Origin: Methyloprofundus sp.
GTDB lineage: Bacteria; Pseudomonadota; Gammaproteobacteria; Methylococcales; Methylomonadaceae
Direction of reading: 5' to 3'
Length of the DNA stretch: 64,000 bases
Assembly (NCBI RefSeq): GCF_965251085.1
Contig: NZ_OZ252594.1
Span: 1,545,859 to 1,609,858, forward strand
Made by a program: the position numbers and the translations under genes. Each line of letters begins with the position of its first letter. The first letter of the stretch is position 1. This document shows positions 1 to 10,222 of the stretch, in pieces. The notes below the pieces were generated by a model. That model was not told the origin of the DNA. It saw only the letters and a list, made by a program, of their open reading frames with translations, and did not search any database.

Positions 1-284
1 CCGAGATTAACTCCAACCAGTGGAATATGGCAATCTGCGGCTGCACGTGCAGCCGCTAAAAATGTTCCATCGCCACCGACTGCAATAAGAATGTCACAAT
101 GTTCAACTAGACTCGTCAGAGGATGAATTGCACCAGAATATTCCGGGATTAATGCCGCGCTACCTGGGTCAATAGAAATTTGATAATGAGGTTTAAGAAA
201 TTGATAAAGCGCTTTTAAAGTATCAGCTATTTCAGGGTCTTGGATTTTTCCTAAAATACCAATAGTTTTGAATTCTTTAAGCAT
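1..284 (-). CDS. nadK: NAD kinase, N-terminal part (runs off window start)
   Basis: Hand translation from ATG at 284: MLKEFKTIGILGK...CDILIAVGGDGTFLAAARAA...PLVGVNLG, with the GGDGT NAD-kinase motif; not in the ORF track. Confidence 0.9.
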   Translation of the reverse strand, partial: MLKEFKTIGILGKIQDPEIADTLKALYQFLKPHYQISIDPGSAALIPEYSGAIHPLTSLVEHCDILIAVGGDGTFLAAARAAADCHIPLVGVNL

Positions 285-370
285 AAATGTTTATACACAT
301 CATAATGATAGAAGATTATCTGCAATAAATTACTGATTAGGTCAGAGCCAGAAATATGCTAGCGATACAT

Positions 371-552
371 GATACTTCGCACAGACACGGTTCTCTAACG
401 GGCGTTTTTTGCCGCTAGCTGCGTTACTGAAACAGTTGCGTAGCTAGGCTATGCGCCTGTTTCAGCGCCCCCGTATCAAGTACGGGGCAGGCTTTGCTCT
501 CAACAAAATTCGACTCGTTATAAAATTCGCAACCGTGGCCGTGCGAAGTATA
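371..552. mobile_element. MITE family A copy (TATACTTCGC...GCGAAGTATA termini)
   Basis: Termini gatacttcgc / gcgaagtata; palindromic core gcgtagctaggctatgcgc; internal hairpin cccgtatcaagtacgggg; similar copies at 8871, 17908 and 53150. Confidence 0.8.
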
Positions 553-650
553 GTCGCTTTATTCAATTATTCTATAAGGCGTAATATACAAGCAACAGAG
601 GTTTTAGCCTATACTTAAATTACAAGTAGAGCAGAATAAAAATACCCGTC

Positions 651-1637
651 ATGCTAAGTAAAATTATTTTACCCCTTTTATTAATGATTTTGGCTTATAG
701 CTTATGGATCAGCCCTGATTTTACTCAGGTTGCTGCGGGCGTTGCTATATTTTTATTCGGTGTTCTATCGTTAAAACAGGGCTTTCAGGGTTTTTCAGGC
801 GGGGCACTGCAAAGAATACTCAGGGCATGTACTAACAGGCTGTGGAAAAGTTTAAGTTTTGGCCTGGTCGCTACGACTTTGATGCAGTCTAGTTCACTGG
901 TTTCGGTACTGACCATTTCGTTTTTAAGTGTAGGTTTAATAGATTTAGCCTCGGGTATCGGGGTCGTCTTTGGGGCAAACCTGGGCACCACAGCAAGTGC
1001 CTGGCTCATTGCTGGTTTTGGACTGAAGGTAAAAATAGCCAATTTCGCCATGCCGATGCTGGTGTTTGGCGTTTTCCTGATTTTTCAAAAAAGCAAATTA
1101 TTAAGTGCCATGGGTTCCATATTAGTCGGTATGGGCTTTTTATTTCTGGGCATCCATTATATGAAAGAGGGCTTTGCCGTTTTTCGTGGCAGCATCGATT
1201 TGGCTCAATATGCTATACCGGGTACTAAAGGGTTATTGATTTTTATGTTAATAGGACTGGTCACTACGGTGATTATCCAGTCTAGTGATGCGACCATGGC
1301 CATTATCATTACCGCTTTATCAGTGCAGCAAATTAGCTATGAAAATTCCCTGGCTTTAGCCATAGGCGCGAATATCGGAACCACGATTACCGCAATCATT
1401 AGCTCACTTGGGGTCAATGTTGAAGGTAAGCGATTAGCAGCAGCGCATTTAATCTTTAATGTGATAACGGCATGTATTGCCTTATTGATGCTGAATCAGT
1501 TTGTGCTCGCAGTGGATTATCTAGCGACACTTGTGCATATTGCTGCGGATGATTACACGCTTAAGCTGGCAATGTTTCATACTTTGTTTAATGTCACGGG
1601 TATTCTGATATTACTGCCTTTTATCGATAGATTAGTA
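651..1637 (+). pseudogene. Na/Pi-cotransporter family protein, 5' part (split by IS1380)
   Basis: QSSS and GANLGTT/GANIGTT repeats; frame LPFIDRLV is cut at the IS end and resumes in frame at 3337. Confidence 0.9.
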
Positions 1638-3331
1638 CCTAAATCCTGCAAGCATTATACATAATAATCCACAAAACTCCTTATTAAACAATGATATAAT
1701 ATCATTTTCCTGATTTCACTATCTCATTGTTTTAATGAAGCCCTCTAAAGTATCAAAATCCTCATCTCACGTAAGAAACCGTACCCGAACGGTAAAAATG
1801 ACATCTACAGCACATGGATTGACAAGCCAGGCGGGACTGATTCCCGTCGTGAAATATTTAGACAGGATAGGTTTTGAAAAAACCGTAAAACAAAGCGTTC
1901 CACATCGGCGGGGTGAAAATGCAGACCATCACTTATCTGATGTGGTTCTATTGACGTTGGTTGGCATGATGGGGGGAGCAACATCAATGGCAAAGGTGAC
2001 GACCGTATGGGCAGATAGCGTACTGCGCAAAGTAGCTGGCTGGATAAAGATTCCTGTTGAAACCACAATTTTACGGATCTTTAAAGAAGTAAGTGATAGG
2101 CAGATAAGCCAGTTTGAAACGCTCACGCATACTTTGCGTGGTCAACACTGGCGGCGATTGCTTCGTTCCGGAAAATCGAAAACTGGCATACAATCCGTCC
2201 AGTGGGTCGATGTCGATTCAACTGTGGACACCGTTTGTGGTCGACAAGAAGGAAGTGCCAAAGGCTTCAACCCCAAAAAGAAAGGTGCCCGTTCATACCA
2301 TCCACAACTCGCTTTTCTAGCGGAAACAAAAGAAATTTTACAAGCCTGGTTCCGGACAGGCAATGCCTTTACAAGCAATGGTGTTGTAGAATTTACCAAA
2401 CAGTTACTTGCACACTTGCCCAATCGGATGCGCATTATTTTTCGCGGTGACAGTGGTTATTTTGTCGGTGATTTGCTTGAATTTCTCGATACCAGAGGGC
2501 ATGGGTATCTAATAAAGGTTAAACTTAAGAATTTGAACGCATTGCTGGCCAAACAGGCCTGGACAGCCATACAAGGCCGACCCGGTTGGGAGCAGAGCGA
2601 GTTTCAATATCGTTGTGGTGGCTGGTCTCGCTCTCGTCAGTTTGTCGCGGTCAGGATAAAGCAACCTAAACAAGTGACAGGACCTCAGTCCGAGCTTTGG
2701 GATACGGCAGAATATGACTATTTTTGTTATGTAACAACTGAACCTCTATCGCCTTGGCAAACACATAAGAAGTATGGTGAACGAGCGACGTGCGAAACAT
2801 GGATTGAAGAAGCAAAATCACAAATGGGTTTAGGTAAAATCAGAACGAATCAATTTCTGGCTAATGCCGCATTATTTCATTGCGCCGTTCTTGCCTACAA
2901 TACCGTGCGCTGGATGGCTCAATTGAGTGGCAACAAAACGTTGTGCCAATGGGAGCCGGATACACTTCGTACTTATCTGATTCGGGTGGCTGGAAAATTA
3001 CTCACAGGCAATAATCAGCTGAGAGTCAGAACACCTGCAGGTCCGCTCTATCAACAGGAATGGGATGATTGGGTTAAGGTGGGGTTACTCGCTTAACATT
3101 AACCGAAGTTAAGTCACTTTGATTAAAAGGTCATGGCACGTTGGCAGGGTGTTTATTGCCTTGGGCTCGGGGGATATCCATACGATACAAAAAATTTCCT
3201 CTATTTATGATTTAAATCTGGATATTTTGATCGGTTGGACAAAGAGGGCTGGCAAAGCGGCAGTAAAAACCTAATAACCACTTAGCTAGACAGGTTAATG
3301 AGAGTCAAAATATGGGCTTGCAGGATTTAGG
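1638..3331 (+). mobile_element. IS1380-family element, copy 1 (1694 bp)
   Basis: 16-bp TIRs cctaaatcctgcaagc / gcttgcaggatttagg; TSD tagta at 1633-1637 and 3332-3336. Confidence 0.95.
1735..3096 (+). CDS. IS1380-family DDE transposase
   Basis: 453 aa; DVDST, RGDSGY and ETWIEEAK motifs; four near-identical copies. Confidence 0.92.
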   Translation: MKPSKVSKSSSHVRNRTRTVKMTSTAHGLTSQAGLIPVVKYLDRIGFEKTVKQSVPHRRGENADHHLSDVVLLTLVGMMGGATSMAKVTTVWADSVLRKVAGWIKIPVETTILRIFKEVSDRQISQFETLTHTLRGQHWRRLLRSGKSKTGIQSVQWVDVDSTVDTVCGRQEGSAKGFNPKKKGARSYHPQLAFLAETKEILQAWFRTGNAFTSNGVVEFTKQLLAHLPNRMRIIFRGDSGYFVGDLLEFLDTRGHGYLIKVKLKNLNALLAKQAWTAIQGRPGWEQSEFQYRCGGWSRSRQFVAVRIKQPKQVTGPQSELWDTAEYDYFCYVTTEPLSPWQTHKKYGERATCETWIEEAKSQMGLGKIRTNQFLANAALFHCAVLAYNTVRWMAQLSGNKTLCQWEPDTLRTYLIRVAGKLLTGNNQLRVRTPAGPLYQQEWDDWVKVGLLA

Positions 3332-3336
3332 TAGTA

Positions 3337-4185
3337 AAATTTATACAGCATATTTTAAAGGGCGAATTAGTCAGTGTTGATAAACCAGAGTTTTTGAATG
3401 CTGCAGCCATGGCATTTCCTGATACTGTGGTATTAGCGGTACATCAGGAAACCTTGAGATTATATAGACATGGCCGGCATATTATTCTAACCACGCTAGG
3501 GTTTGTTGAAGAAGATGCTTTATCTGCGCAGGATTTAAAACAATTGTTACTAAGGTCCAGAGTCAACGCTAGTTATGATGTTCAGGCAGCTTATGATCGA
3601 AATATAAAAGGAATTTATAGTGCAATTATTGAGTTTATTAGCCAGGCGACTCTAAGCAAGGGCATGCCGCAGTCCGGTCGCCTATACTGGTTGCGTGAAG
3701 CAAACAGGCATATAGTCGAAGCTATCAAGGATAGTAAACACTTACAAAAGAACCTGATTTTGATGGATACATCTCAAAACCATTTTGTAAAACAGGAATA
3801 TGACAAAATTCGCTTGCAGATAACGGAGTTAATCAGGCAATTAGACAAGTTACGCATTCAGGTAAAGCAAAGCGGCAGTAATGAAATTAACCTACTGTCA
3901 TTTGATATTTTTAAAGTCAAAATCAAAGATCAGGATCAGCAGATGAACGAGAGAATCGATGGTTTGATTCGTGAACACAAAGTGACGCCTGATGCGGGCA
4001 CTTCCCTGATTAATGATAGTGCTTATATGTACGCAATAAAAAAGCATTTAGTGGCGATGGCAGAAACCATTTTTATTGTACAACAAGACAAAATAACGGA
4101 TGCGCAACGTGAAATGGTGCTGGACGAGAATGAATTAATAAATACAATGCAATCTAATAATCCAGGTTTGCAGAGGAAAAAATAA
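3337..4185 (+). pseudogene. Na/Pi-cotransporter 3' part (PhoU-like cytoplasmic domain)
   Basis: After the TSD reads KFIQHILKGELVSVDKPEFL, in frame with ORF 3394..4185; rejoined gene is 611 aa. Confidence 0.85.
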
Positions 4186-4433
4186 TGGGCAAAAAAAAGT
4201 TATTAATTAAACTACAAGAATTTTTCGATGCCGATCAACGTGAAAAAGAAAGGCGAGTCAAAGACTTCAAGCGCATATTAAAAAAATTAAAAGAAAAAGA
4301 AAGGGGCTTAGAAGAAAAACTGAAAAAATGTACTAATGCTGAAAAAGCTGTCGAATTACAGCAGGAGTTAGATATAATTTACGCGCAAAGAAAGAAAGGC
4401 GTGAAGATCATTAAACCTAAAAACCGCAGTTGA
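4185..4433 (+). CDS. Small basic coiled-coil hypothetical protein
   Basis: 82 aa, K/E-rich; start overlaps the upstream stop (taATG). Confidence 0.7.
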   Translation: MGKKKLLIKLQEFFDADQREKERRVKDFKRILKKLKEKERGLEEKLKKCTNAEKAVELQQELDIIYAQRKKGVKIIKPKNRS

Positions 4434-4506
4434 ACGCTAAAAAACACTCTAAGCATTTGAATATAAAATATAATGACCGTAACAACTTATCACCTGCAGG
4501 GTGAAC

Positions 4507-4654
4507 AGACTCCGCTTCACGGTTTTGTGAATAAATCTGAGCGCGAAATACTGCGTTACAGCTATTGCCAAGGGCTACGGCCATTGCCTGCTAGCTGTGC
4601 CTTGTCTTTCGCACTCAGATTTTCCACAAAATCCCTGCTCAACTGCGGTTTCTA
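4507..4654. repeat. Palindromic MITE-like element (single copy in window)
   Basis: Imperfect inverted arms ttttgtgaataaatctgagcgcgaaa / tttcgcactcagattttccacaaaa in an intergenic gap. Confidence 0.5.
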
Positions 4655-4733
4655 GGTTAAAGAAATGTAATATAAACTGCTTATAGTTTAAGTTCAGAGT
4701 GAGCAATTTTATGCTCACCCAGATTTTAATATA

Positions 4734-5144
4734 TTATTTCACAAAGCAATTTTCTTCAGCATAGGCTTCAGCTTCTTTTAAACGCGTACGCAAGTCTTTA
4801 GAATGTTTTGGATCCCGGAAAACAGCACCATTTTCGCCGGGTGTACTGCGTAGCATTGTAAAGGTTGCTGCTGCTTCATACTCTGCAAAGGTCAATTTCT
4901 CAGCGATCTTATCGATTTTGCAACCACAGGCGTACTGGGTGACATAATCCAGTTTGCCGCCGTGCTTGGCTATGCAATTAAACACATATTCAACACGATC
5001 ACGGGTCGGGTAATTGCTCATCATGACAGTTTCTGTGTCTGTAGTTTGAATGACTGTAGATGGTTTGTCAGAAAAAGTTGTACAGCCTGAAGCAAGAACA
5101 ATGCTAAGGGTTAATGCGCTTAATGGAATGATTTTTTTTTGCAT
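4734..5144 (-). CDS. Lipoprotein of unknown function (NYPT...CxC type)
   Basis: Lipobox LASGC; motifs NYPTRDRVEYVFNC and YACGCKIDKIA. Confidence 0.75.
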   Translation of the reverse strand: MQKKIIPLSALTLSIVLASGCTTFSDKPSTVIQTTDTETVMMSNYPTRDRVEYVFNCIAKHGGKLDYVTQYACGCKIDKIAEKLTFAEYEAAATFTMLRSTPGENGAVFRDPKHSKDLRTRLKEAEAYAEENCFVK

Positions 5145-5219
5145 AATATTAATAGCTGAGAGTTAATCAAGGTAGAATATTTCGCTATTTTATCACTGTT
5201 TTTTATAATTGGATTTTTA

Positions 5220-6020
5220 ATGGATATTTTTCAAGCAATAGCTTTAGCTGTATTACAGGGACTGACTGAATTTTTACCGATTTCAAGTTCAGCACATTTA
5301 ATATTATTGCCAGTGATAGCGGGCTGGGAAGATCAAGGTCTGGCATTTGATGTGGCTGTGCATGTGGGTACCTTAACAGCAGTAGTGGTTTATTATCGTA
5401 AAGATCTGGCACAAATTATCTGTGCATGGCTAGGTTCTCTAGTAGGTAAAGGCTTTAATGATGAAGCCAAGCTGGCATGGTATGTTGGCTTGGGAACCAT
5501 TCCAGTGGGTTTGGTTGGTATTAGTCTGTCGGATGCTATGCAAGAGGCATTGCGCTCGCCCTTGATTATTGCTGCGGCAACCATCGTATTTGCTTTATTG
5601 CTATGGTGGGCTGAAAAGCGCGCTAAAGAACAACGCGATAAGATTACTTTACTGGATGCAGTGATGGTGGGTTTATTTCAGGCAATCGCTCTAATTCCCG
5701 GTACATCACGTTCCGGAATTACTATTACTGCGGGTTTGTTATTGGGTTTAAAACGTGAGTTTGCCGCAAAGTTTTCCTTTTTATTATCGATACCGGTCAT
5801 CGCATTAGCGGGGTCTTTAAAAGCACTGGAGTTATATCAATCAGACATAGTCGTTAGCTGGAATTTTATGTTTATCGGTGCGGCAGTATCTGCTATTGTT
5901 GCCTATCTAAGTATCGCCTGGTTTTTACGCTTGCTAAATAAAATCGGCATGATGCCTTTTGTCTGGTATCGTTTAATATTGGGAGTCATCTTGATCGGCG
6001 TATTTGCTGGACAGGCTTAG
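5220..6020 (+). CDS. uppP: Undecaprenyl-diphosphate phosphatase
   Basis: QGLTEFLPISSSAH and PGTSRSG motifs. Confidence 0.95.
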   Translation: MDIFQAIALAVLQGLTEFLPISSSAHLILLPVIAGWEDQGLAFDVAVHVGTLTAVVVYYRKDLAQIICAWLGSLVGKGFNDEAKLAWYVGLGTIPVGLVGISLSDAMQEALRSPLIIAAATIVFALLLWWAEKRAKEQRDKITLLDAVMVGLFQAIALIPGTSRSGITITAGLLLGLKREFAAKFSFLLSIPVIALAGSLKALELYQSDIVVSWNFMFIGAAVSAIVAYLSIAWFLRLLNKIGMMPFVWYRLILGVILIGVFAGQA

Positions 6021-6548
6021 CAAAACAACAACAGCACCGGCACCGCCATCTTTTTGGGCGGCGGAACAAAATGCCTGAACTTCCTGATGTTGTCTTAACC
6101 AGATATTCAAGTCATTTTTCAATACCGGTAAATTATTTTCTGAGCGATAGCCTTTGCCGTGAATAATACGTATACAGCGACAGCCATCCTGTTCGCAAAA
6201 ATGTAAAAATTTTACCAGCTCGCGTTTAGCTTGCGCACTGGTTAAACCATGAAGGTCCAGCTCTGCATCCATTCCATAATGACCACGGCGCATTTTTTTC
6301 AAAACGTTTTTTTGTAGGCCGGGTGCGCTATAACTGAAGGTATCTTCAGCTTGCAGAGCATTAATGGGCTCTATGGGAGTGAGGGTTAACTTATCAGCAA
6401 TAAGTGAGGTTTTTTTCTTGGGGTAGGGTGGGGGCTTTTTGGTAAGCACAACACTATGTTTATCCGATTTGATCGGCATTACTTTCCCTACAGTTTTAAG
6501 AAATAAGTCACTATCTTGTTTTTTTTCTGGTTTATCGCTCACGATCAC
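5973..6548 (-). CDS. Smr/MutS2 domain endonuclease
   Basis: LDLHGLT, IIHGKG and DGGAGAVVV motifs. Confidence 0.9.
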   Translation of the reverse strand: MIVSDKPEKKQDSDLFLKTVGKVMPIKSDKHSVVLTKKPPPYPKKKTSLIADKLTLTPIEPINALQAEDTFSYSAPGLQKNVLKKMRRGHYGMDAELDLHGLTSAQAKRELVKFLHFCEQDGCRCIRIIHGKGYRSENNLPVLKNDLNIWLRQHQEVQAFCSAAQKDGGAGAVVVLLSLSSKYADQDDSQY

Positions 6549-6605
6549 TGTATTTTATTGGCATGAAACTCTAATATAAGCAATTCTATAGAATTTATTG
6601 AAAAA

Positions 6606-7346
6606 ATGCATATTCTGTTAAGTAATGATGATGGATATTTAGCGCAAGGACTTATCGCGCTGGCTGATGGACTGCAAGCATTTGCAGAAATTTCAGTCGT
6701 AGCGCCCGATAGGAATCGCAGTGCTGCAAGTAATTCGCTAACCTTGGAAATGCCATTACGCGCCCAGCATACAGCTAATGGCTTTATTAAAGTCGATGGC
6801 ACACCTACCGATTGTGTGCATCTGGCTATTACTGGCTTACTCGATAAAGAACCAGATATGGTGTTTGCGGGTATAAATCATGGCGCGAACCTGGGTGATG
6901 ATGTGCTTTATTCAGGGACTGTCGCTGCAGCAACAGAAGGGCGGTTTCTAGGCTTGCCGGCGGTCGCAATTTCGCTGGTGAGTAGCGATCCCCAATATCT
7001 GGATACAGCCGTTAAAGTTGCAAATGAGATATTGCAGCGTTTACTAGCAAAACCGTTGGCAAAAGATATTATATTGAACGTTAATGTGCCTGACTTGCCC
7101 TGGACTGAAATTAAAGGTTTTCAATCCACCCGCTTGGGACAAAGGCATAAAGCAGAGCCGGTTATTCAGGATAAGGATCCCAGAGGAAATACTATTTACT
7201 GGGTAGGCCCACCAGGAGCAGAGCAAGATGCGGGGCCAGGAACCGATTTTTACGCGGTAAGTCAGGGCTATGTTTCGATAACTCCCTTGCAATTAGATTT
7301 AACCCGATATGATGCGCTGGACACACTAAAGGAATGGCTATCTTGA
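6606..7346 (+). CDS. surE: 5'/3'-nucleotidase SurE
   Basis: [21 protein letters not shown] and YSGTV motifs. Confidence 0.95.
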   Translation: MHILLSNDDGYLAQGLIALADGLQAFAEISVVAPDRNRSAASNSLTLEMPLRAQHTANGFIKVDGTPTDCVHLAITGLLDKEPDMVFAGINHGANLGDDVLYSGTVAAATEGRFLGLPAVAISLVSSDPQYLDTAVKVANEILQRLLAKPLAKDIILNVNVPDLPWTEIKGFQSTRLGQRHKAEPVIQDKDPRGNTIYWVGPPGAEQDAGPGTDFYAVSQGYVSITPLQLDLTRYDALDTLKEWLS

Positions 7347-8005
7347 TGAACACGATACAAGGCATAGGCATGACATCAAGGCGCACTCGTGAGCGCATGA
7401 TTAATCGCCTGATTGACCAGGGAATTACTAATCATAAAATTCTTGATTCCATGCGTAATGTGCCTAGGCATCTATTTATGGATGATGCCCTAGCCAGTCG
7501 ATCCTACGAAGATACCGCGCTTCCAATAGGTCATGGACAAACGATTTCTCAGCCTTATATCGTAGCCAAGATGACTGAATTATTAGTCGATCAACGGCAT
7601 TTAAAGAATGTGCTGGAAATTGGTACGGGCTGTGGTTATCAGACAGCTGTATTAGCACAGCTAGTAGAGCATGTGAATACAGTCGAACGCATCTACCCCT
7701 TATACAAAAAGGCAAGAGACAGGTTATGGGACTTAGCTATACGCAATGTCAGTTATTTACATAGTGATGGCGGTTGGGGATGGGAAGCAAAGGCTCCCTT
7801 CGATGGTATTCTGGTTGCGGCGGCTCCCCCTGAAATTCCACAGAAATTATTAGAGCAATTGGCCATCGGTGGAATTATGTTGATTCCTATAGGTCGTGAA
7901 CGGGGTATACAAGAATTACAAAGAGTCATACGTACTGAATCAGGGTATGAAATAGATAGCCTGGAGCCGGTGAACTTTGTGCCTTTCTTATCGGGGAGAA
8001 GCTAA
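7346..8005 (+). CDS. pcm: Protein-L-isoaspartate O-methyltransferase
   Basis: QTISQPY and LEIGTGCGYQ motifs; follows surE; start taken at the ATG overlapping the surE stop. Confidence 0.95.
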   Translation: MNTIQGIGMTSRRTRERMINRLIDQGITNHKILDSMRNVPRHLFMDDALASRSYEDTALPIGHGQTISQPYIVAKMTELLVDQRHLKNVLEIGTGCGYQTAVLAQLVEHVNTVERIYPLYKKARDRLWDLAIRNVSYLHSDGGWGWEAKAPFDGILVAAAPPEIPQKLLEQLAIGGIMLIPIGRERGIQELQRVIRTESGYEIDSLEPVNFVPFLSGRS

Positions 8006-8184
8006 GGAACGCGCACGACACACTTAAGCAACTGGCGGGTCTTTTTATCCGTCTTCTGCGTTGTAGAAACTGTTACGTAGCTGGCTATGCGCCTGTTTCT
8101 CCGTCCCCGTATCAAGCACGGGGCAGGCTTTGAATACGAATAAAAATCCTGCACCAGATGCTCAACTTATTCCGTGCGCGTTCC
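8006..8184. mobile_element. MITE family B copy (GG...CC termini, TAA duplication)
   Basis: TIR ggaacgcgcacg / cgtgcgcgttcc; TAA on both sides, the left one being the pcm stop; shared core and hairpin module. Confidence 0.8.
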
Positions 8185-8351
8185 TAAGTAATATTGGGTT
8201 TATGTGGATAGATGTTCAATGATACCCGAAACTTTGTGTAGCCCGTATGGAGCATGCGCAATACAGACTACATTCTGATAATTTTAAAACAGAATAGGGT
8301 GAGCCTAAATAACAGGGCTATTCGCCCTGTATCCCGACTTTCCAGTCACCA

Positions 8352-8507
8352 AGATTGTATATTTCCAGCCAGGCACCAGAGAAGCAGGTCTTTGATAAAA
8401 AATACCCTGATGGAACAAGCGTTTTGTGGATGGGCAAAGGAGGTACGACGTGCCCATCATGTTTTCGTTGACGGGCACGGATGAAGCCCTTTGCCCATCC
8501 TACAGTG
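8352..8507. repeat. GTAG-type REP doublet with ~75-bp tail, inverted copy of 37982..38136
   Basis: ggatgggcaaagg...tttgcccatcctaca; reverse complement matches 37982-38136 closely, tail included. Confidence 0.8.
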
Positions 8508-8563
8508 ATTATTTTGCTGTAACTTCTCTCAGCTTGTCTGAATAGTTACGCTGTGTTTTAATA

Positions 8564-8818
8564 TCACAATTGTTGCCGCCATCTGTAATAGGTTTCCCCG
8601 TCATTACAGATCCAGCCTGTGCGATGATTATTACTACTTTCTTTTGGGATAATCCTGCAATGATGATCGATGATAAATTGATCCCAGTTATCATCTATCT
8701 GGGTTTGCCCATATAAGTGAAACAAGATCACCAAAGCAATAGTGAAAAACAACAGAAGCAGACTCTCTCTGAGTCTGGTTTGAATTAAGTGCGCTATGAA
8801 TTTTAACGGGTGTTGCAT
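8564..8818 (-). CDS. Small membrane-anchored hypothetical protein
   Basis: 84 aa, one hydrophobic segment, C-terminal Cys-containing domain. Confidence 0.55.
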   Translation of the reverse strand: MQHPLKFIAHLIQTRLRESLLLLFFTIALVILFHLYGQTQIDDNWDQFIIDHHCRIIPKESSNNHRTGWICNDGETYYRWRQQL

Positions 8819-8957
8819 ATTAATTACTCAGTTATACATCACACACTCACGGTTATAGGTCCTGAGGACTTATACTTCGCGCGGTCACGGATGCGGATTT
8901 CTAGCGGCTGAGTTTTTGCCGATAGCTACATTGCTGAAACCTTTGCGTAGCTAGCTA

Positions 8958-10057
8958 AGTACTTACGCAAAATTAATTTAACGAAAAAAGGTGTCATAAT
9001 AAACAATTATTTTGCTGACTCTAAATGTTTGTGCTCTATATAAAACACCTACTCCCAGAAGAAATTACTGCTTTAAATGTGATGCATAAAAACCATCCAC
9101 TTCATTTAAGTAGAAGTCGAGCTCATGCTATTTTATTAAGTTTCAAAGAGCATTCTGTTCCCATGATTTGTTCTATTTATAACGTATGCCGCCAAACTGT
9201 TTCCACTTGGTTTTCTAACTGGGAAAAGAATGGAATCGATGGATTGGTTGACTGTCAGGGAAGAGGACGGCGAGGTATTTTAACTGAAAAACAACAAATA
9301 AGCTTAGTCCAGAGAGTTGAAAAATCTCCTAGATCATTAAAATCAGTACTAGCAAAATTTGAAGAAGATCTAGGCATTTCAGTTAGCATTGATACTATAA
9401 AACGTATTTGTAAACAAGCTGATCTTGTTTGGAAACGAGTTAGAAAATCCTTAAGGATAAAGCGTAATCAAGATAAATTTGATTTGGCAACCGATGAAAT
9501 AAAAGAATTAATACAACAACATAAAGAGAATGAACTTGATTTGTGCTACTTTGATGAGTCGGGGTTTACACTAGAACCCTGTGTTCCTTATGCTTGGCAA
9601 CAGTCAGGTGAGACGATTGAAATACCAAGCTCAAACAGCAAGCGTCTTAATGTATTAGGTTTTGTTAACAGAGATTGCAGGTTTGATTCTTTTGTTTTTG
9701 AAGGGAGTGTAAACACTTCGGTTGTTGTGGCTTGTATTGATGAATTTGCTAAACAGATTAAAAAACCAACAACTCTTATTATTGATAATGCATCGACTCA
9801 TACGAGTAATGAATTTAATGAAAACCTTGAAAGGTGGAAAGAAAAAAACCTATCCATTTACCGTATACCGCCATACTCACCCGAGTTAAATATTATCGAG
9901 ATTATATGGCGTAAAATAAAATACGAATGGCTTCCTTTTTCAGCTTATGAATCCTATGCCTCTCTTCAGGAAGAATTATTTAAGGTGCTGTCTAATATTG
10001 GAAAGAATTACAAAGTAGAGTTTGCATAAAAGGTTAAATTAATTTTGCATGGGTACT
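8958..10057 (+). mobile_element. IS630-family element (1100 bp)
   Basis: 25-bp imperfect TIRs agtacttacgcaaaattaatttaac / gttaaattaattttgcatgggtact; TA duplication at 8956-8957 and 10058-10059. Confidence 0.92.
9025..10029 (+). CDS. IS630-family transposase
   Basis: HTH N-terminus; YFDESGF, IIDNASTH and YSPELNIIE DDE motifs. Confidence 0.92.
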   Translation: MFVLYIKHLLPEEITALNVMHKNHPLHLSRSRAHAILLSFKEHSVPMICSIYNVCRQTVSTWFSNWEKNGIDGLVDCQGRGRRGILTEKQQISLVQRVEKSPRSLKSVLAKFEEDLGISVSIDTIKRICKQADLVWKRVRKSLRIKRNQDKFDLATDEIKELIQQHKENELDLCYFDESGFTLEPCVPYAWQQSGETIEIPSSNSKRLNVLGFVNRDCRFDSFVFEGSVNTSVVVACIDEFAKQIKKPTTLIIDNASTHTSNEFNENLERWKEKNLSIYRIPPYSPELNIIEIIWRKIKYEWLPFSAYESYASLQEELFKVLSNIGKNYKVEFA

Positions 10058-10222
10058 TATACGCTAGTTTCAGCGTCCCCGTATCAAGTACGGGACAGGC
10101 TTTGCAATCGACAAAAATCTGCTTACTATACAACCGCATTCGTCATCACGCGAAGTATAATTACATAAATATTCATTACAGCTTAAGAATACAACCGTGA
10201 CCACGCGAGGTCTATATTATAT

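Larger units (their letters stand above)
8871..10159. mobile_element. MITE family A copy interrupted by IS630
   Basis: Left half 8871-8957 and right half 10058-10159 rejoin into a normal family A element. Confidence 0.8.

Noticed and set aside
1805-2450. Short ORFs repeated in all four IS1380 copies
   Set aside because: Shadow frames of the transposase; they recur only because the IS is repeated
3200-3331. ISEcp1-like outward promoter in the IS1380 right end
   Set aside because: No -35/-10 pair with acceptable spacing found by eye
5973-6020. 48-bp convergent overlap of uppP and the smr gene
   Set aside because: Short 3' overlaps are common, and nothing suggests a function
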